Made by a program: the position numbers and the translations under genes. Below are positions 61,716-64,000 of a stretch of 64,000 nucleotides of DNA, piece by piece. Within the stretch, counting starts at the first letter, position 1, and each line of letters begins with the position of its first letter. Under the pieces are notes generated by a model. The model was given only the letters and a program-made list of their open reading frames with translations. It ran no database searches and was not told where the DNA came from. The stretch covers positions 3,967 to 67,966 of the forward strand of contig QCSC01000001.1 of NCBI GenBank assembly GCA_003211655.1, given 5' to 3'. Source of the stretch: Prochlorococcus sp. AG-469-F22. GTDB lineage: Bacteria > Cyanobacteriota > Cyanobacteriia > PCC-6307 > Cyanobiaceae.

Positions 61716-62711
61716 TTATCTAAACATAGAGCTAACCGAACTTTCTTCATGAATTCTCCATATTGCCTCTCCTAACATATTTGCTACAGAAAGTACTTTT
61801 AACTGAGGAAAGTCTTCATTATCAATAACTGGAATACTGTTAGTTACTATAACTTGTTCAAATAAATCTTTTGAACTTAACCTTTCATAAGAGGGTGGAG
61901 AGAAAACTGCATGAGAAGCACATGCGAAAATTCTCTTAGCACCTTCTTTTTTTAATAAATTTGCTCCAGAACAAATAGTACCCCCAGTATCAATCATGTC
62001 ATCTATAAGAATAGCCGTTTTCCCCTTGACTTCTCCAATTACAGTCAAACTCTCTGCAATATTATGAGCAGATCTTCTTTTATCAATAATCGCTAATGGA
62101 GCATCATTCATTAATTTGGCAAATGCTCTTGCTCTGGCTACTCCACCCACATCAGGAGATACAACAACAACTTCCTCCAACTTTAGAGATTCAAGATAAT
62201 CAATTAAGACAGGAGATCCATATATATGATCGCAAGGAATATCAAAATATCCTTGTATTTGAGCTGAATGTAAATCCATTGCAAGAACTCTATCCACACC
62301 TGACTTCTCAAGTAAATTTGCTGTAAGCTTTGCTGTAATTGACTCTCTTCCTGAAGTTTTTCTATCCGCCCTTGCATATCCAAAATATGGAATGACCGCT
62401 GTAATTTGTCTAGCTGAAGCTCTTTTACAAGCATCAACCATAATCATCAACTCCATTAAACTATCGTTAACAGGAGCGCATGTAGGTTGAATAAGGAATA
62501 CATCACAACCTCTTATAGATTGTTGAATTTGAACATAAAGTTCCCCATCAGCAAATCTTTTAGATACTAAGGGAACATTTTCAATCCCTAAATATGATGC
62601 AATTTCTTCAGCTAATTTAGGATTAGAAGTTCCGCTAACTAACCTAAGTCTACTATTAGTTAGATTAAAAGTTGGCTCTTCATTTTCTACTGCCGTGATA
62701 TAACTTGTCAC
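61716..62711 (-). CDS. prs: Ribose-phosphate pyrophosphokinase
   Basis: FADGE, PYFGYARADRK, VSPDVGG, DDMIDTGGT. Confidence 0.97.
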   Translation of the reverse strand: MTSYITAVENEEPTFNLTNSRLRLVSGTSNPKLAEEIASYLGIENVPLVSKRFADGELYVQIQQSIRGCDVFLIQPTCAPVNDSLMELMIMVDACKRASARQITAVIPYFGYARADRKTSGRESITAKLTANLLEKSGVDRVLAMDLHSAQIQGYFDIPCDHIYGSPVLIDYLESLKLEEVVVVSPDVGGVARARAFAKLMNDAPLAIIDKRRSAHNIAESLTVIGEVKGKTAILIDDMIDTGGTICSGANLLKKEGAKRIFACASHAVFSPPSYERLSSKDLFEQVIVTNSIPVIDNEDFPQLKVLSVANMLGEAIWRIHEESSVSSMFR

Positions 62712-62960
62712 GAAATTAGCGTTAAAAATCTACTAATATCGTAGTACCTAATATTAATTTCGCAAAAATTAATTAACTTATTTATCTTTAATAGTTATAA
62801 GTACTAACTTTGAATATTAAATAATCCGAAATATATAATTTTAAAAGTTATCGGCGAATATAAGAAAAATCTAAATTTATTTGTTAAGTGATATATATTT
62901 AATTATTCTTAATCTTAGATAATAATTGATAAAAGAATTATAAAAAATCACCTTATATTA

Positions 62961-64000
62961 ATGAGTTTAAATTCAGTTCTTAAAAAAAAATCGTTAGGCA
63001 TACTGGTTCATCCTTCAAGTCTCCCCGGTGGTAGTTACTGCGGGACCTTTGGAGAAGGCGCTAAAGATTGGATTAAGAAGCTTTGTAAGTATAAGATTAA
63101 TCACTGGCAATTCCTACCTCTTACTCCAACAGATTCAACTGGATCTCCATATAGTTCGCCATCCAGTTTTGCGTTAAATCCTTGGTTTCTTGATATCAAA
63201 AAATTAATTGAAGAAAACTTTATCATTTCAATACATAAGAAGGATTTACAATCAATTAATCAAAATGAAGATCATTTTGATTTTGATTTTGCAAATGATT
63301 TATCGAGAAAATTAGGAGAATATCTTTTATTTGATTGGGAATCTCAATCTGAAATAAGGAAAACTGATTTTTATTTATGGAATAAAAAAAATACTTGGGT
63401 TGAAGATTATTCAATCTTTATGGTCTTAAGAGAGAAATTCAATATGTTGCCATGGTGGGAGTGGCCATTGGAGTTTAAACAAAAGGAAAATGAATTTATA
63501 AAAACATGGATAAAAGACAAAAAAAATGAACTACTTAAAACGAAATTAATACAATGGCATCTTGATAAACAGTGGAAGGAAATCAAAGTCTTTGCCAAAA
63601 CTAACGGAATTACACTCATAGGTGATTTGCCTTTTTATGTTTCAAGAGACAGTGCGGATGTATGGAGTAATAAATCACTATTTTCAATATCTCAAAATGG
63701 AGATTTACTTTTTCAAAGTGGGGTGCCTCCTGATTATTTTTCATCTACGGGACAACTATGGGGTACTCCCACCTACTATTGGGCTAAGCACAAAAGTACA
63801 GCATTTAGATGGTGGAGAAAAAGATTTAAGAGACAATTTGAACTTGTTGACATATTAAGACTTGATCATTTTAGAGCGTTGGCTGGATATTGGAGAATTG
63901 ATGGGAATGCCCAAAATGCTATTAATGGGACATGGATTAAATCCCCTGGGGAAGAGCTATTAAATATTTTAAAAAAAGATTTAAAATCTGATTATCTACC
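62961..64000 (+). CDS. malQ: 4-alpha-glucanotransferase (3' truncated by window; absent from ORF track)
   Basis: GILVHPSSLPG, WQFLPL.P..STGSPYSS, IGDLPFYV..DSADVW, GVPPDYFS.TGQLWG.P, RLDHFR. Confidence 0.95.
   Translation, partial: MSLNSVLKKKSLGILVHPSSLPGGSYCGTFGEGAKDWIKKLCKYKINHWQFLPLTPTDSTGSPYSSPSSFALNPWFLDIKKLIEENFIISIHKKDLQSINQNEDHFDFDFANDLSRKLGEYLLFDWESQSEIRKTDFYLWNKKNTWVEDYSIFMVLREKFNMLPWWEWPLEFKQKENEFIKTWIKDKKNELLKTKLIQWHLDKQWKEIKVFAKTNGITLIGDLPFYVSRDSADVWSNKSLFSISQNGDLLFQSGVPPDYFSSTGQLWGTPTYYWAKHKSTAFRWWRKRFKRQFELVDILRLDHFRALAGYWRIDGNAQNAINGTWIKSPGEELLNILKKDLKSDYL

Overview
Very AT-rich cyanobacterial DNA whose gene order and content (chlI, cytM-petG, trxA-Yfr1-guaB, gyrA-crtL, leuA, folD-crtE, opcA-zwf-petH, tRNA-Glu, sasA, prs, malQ) point to a high-light Prochlorococcus. 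Most of the window is core genome, with a metal/nitrogen accessory patch at about 1-11 kb (COG0523 GTPase, WD40 protein, ATP-grasp/alpha-E/transglutaminase operon with an NtcA-type site, small Cys proteins). The main feature is a ~15.8 kb tycheposon-like integrative element (~29434-45237). It is inserted not at a tRNA but at the stop codon of a GH57 gene, between crtL and GH57. Its left arm carries an RHH regulator, a primase-helicase with iteron-like repeats, a lambda cosQ-like motif and an HTH gene. Its right arm carries an adenylation-domain-only NAD ligase and a large serine recombinase broken by one in-frame stop and one frameshift. The cargo is a complete Ni-dependent guanidine hydrolase module (gdmH-ghaA-ghaB plus ABC transporter) extended by a Rieske oxygenase, with no visible guanidine riboswitch but an NtcA-type site, followed by a passenger-less inverse-autotransporter barrel with a secreted partner and small secreted-protein genes. 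Three same-orientation ~34-bp repeats and a perfect 29-bp repeat partition the cargo into cassette-like blocks. All calls come from motif recognition; no database searches were run.
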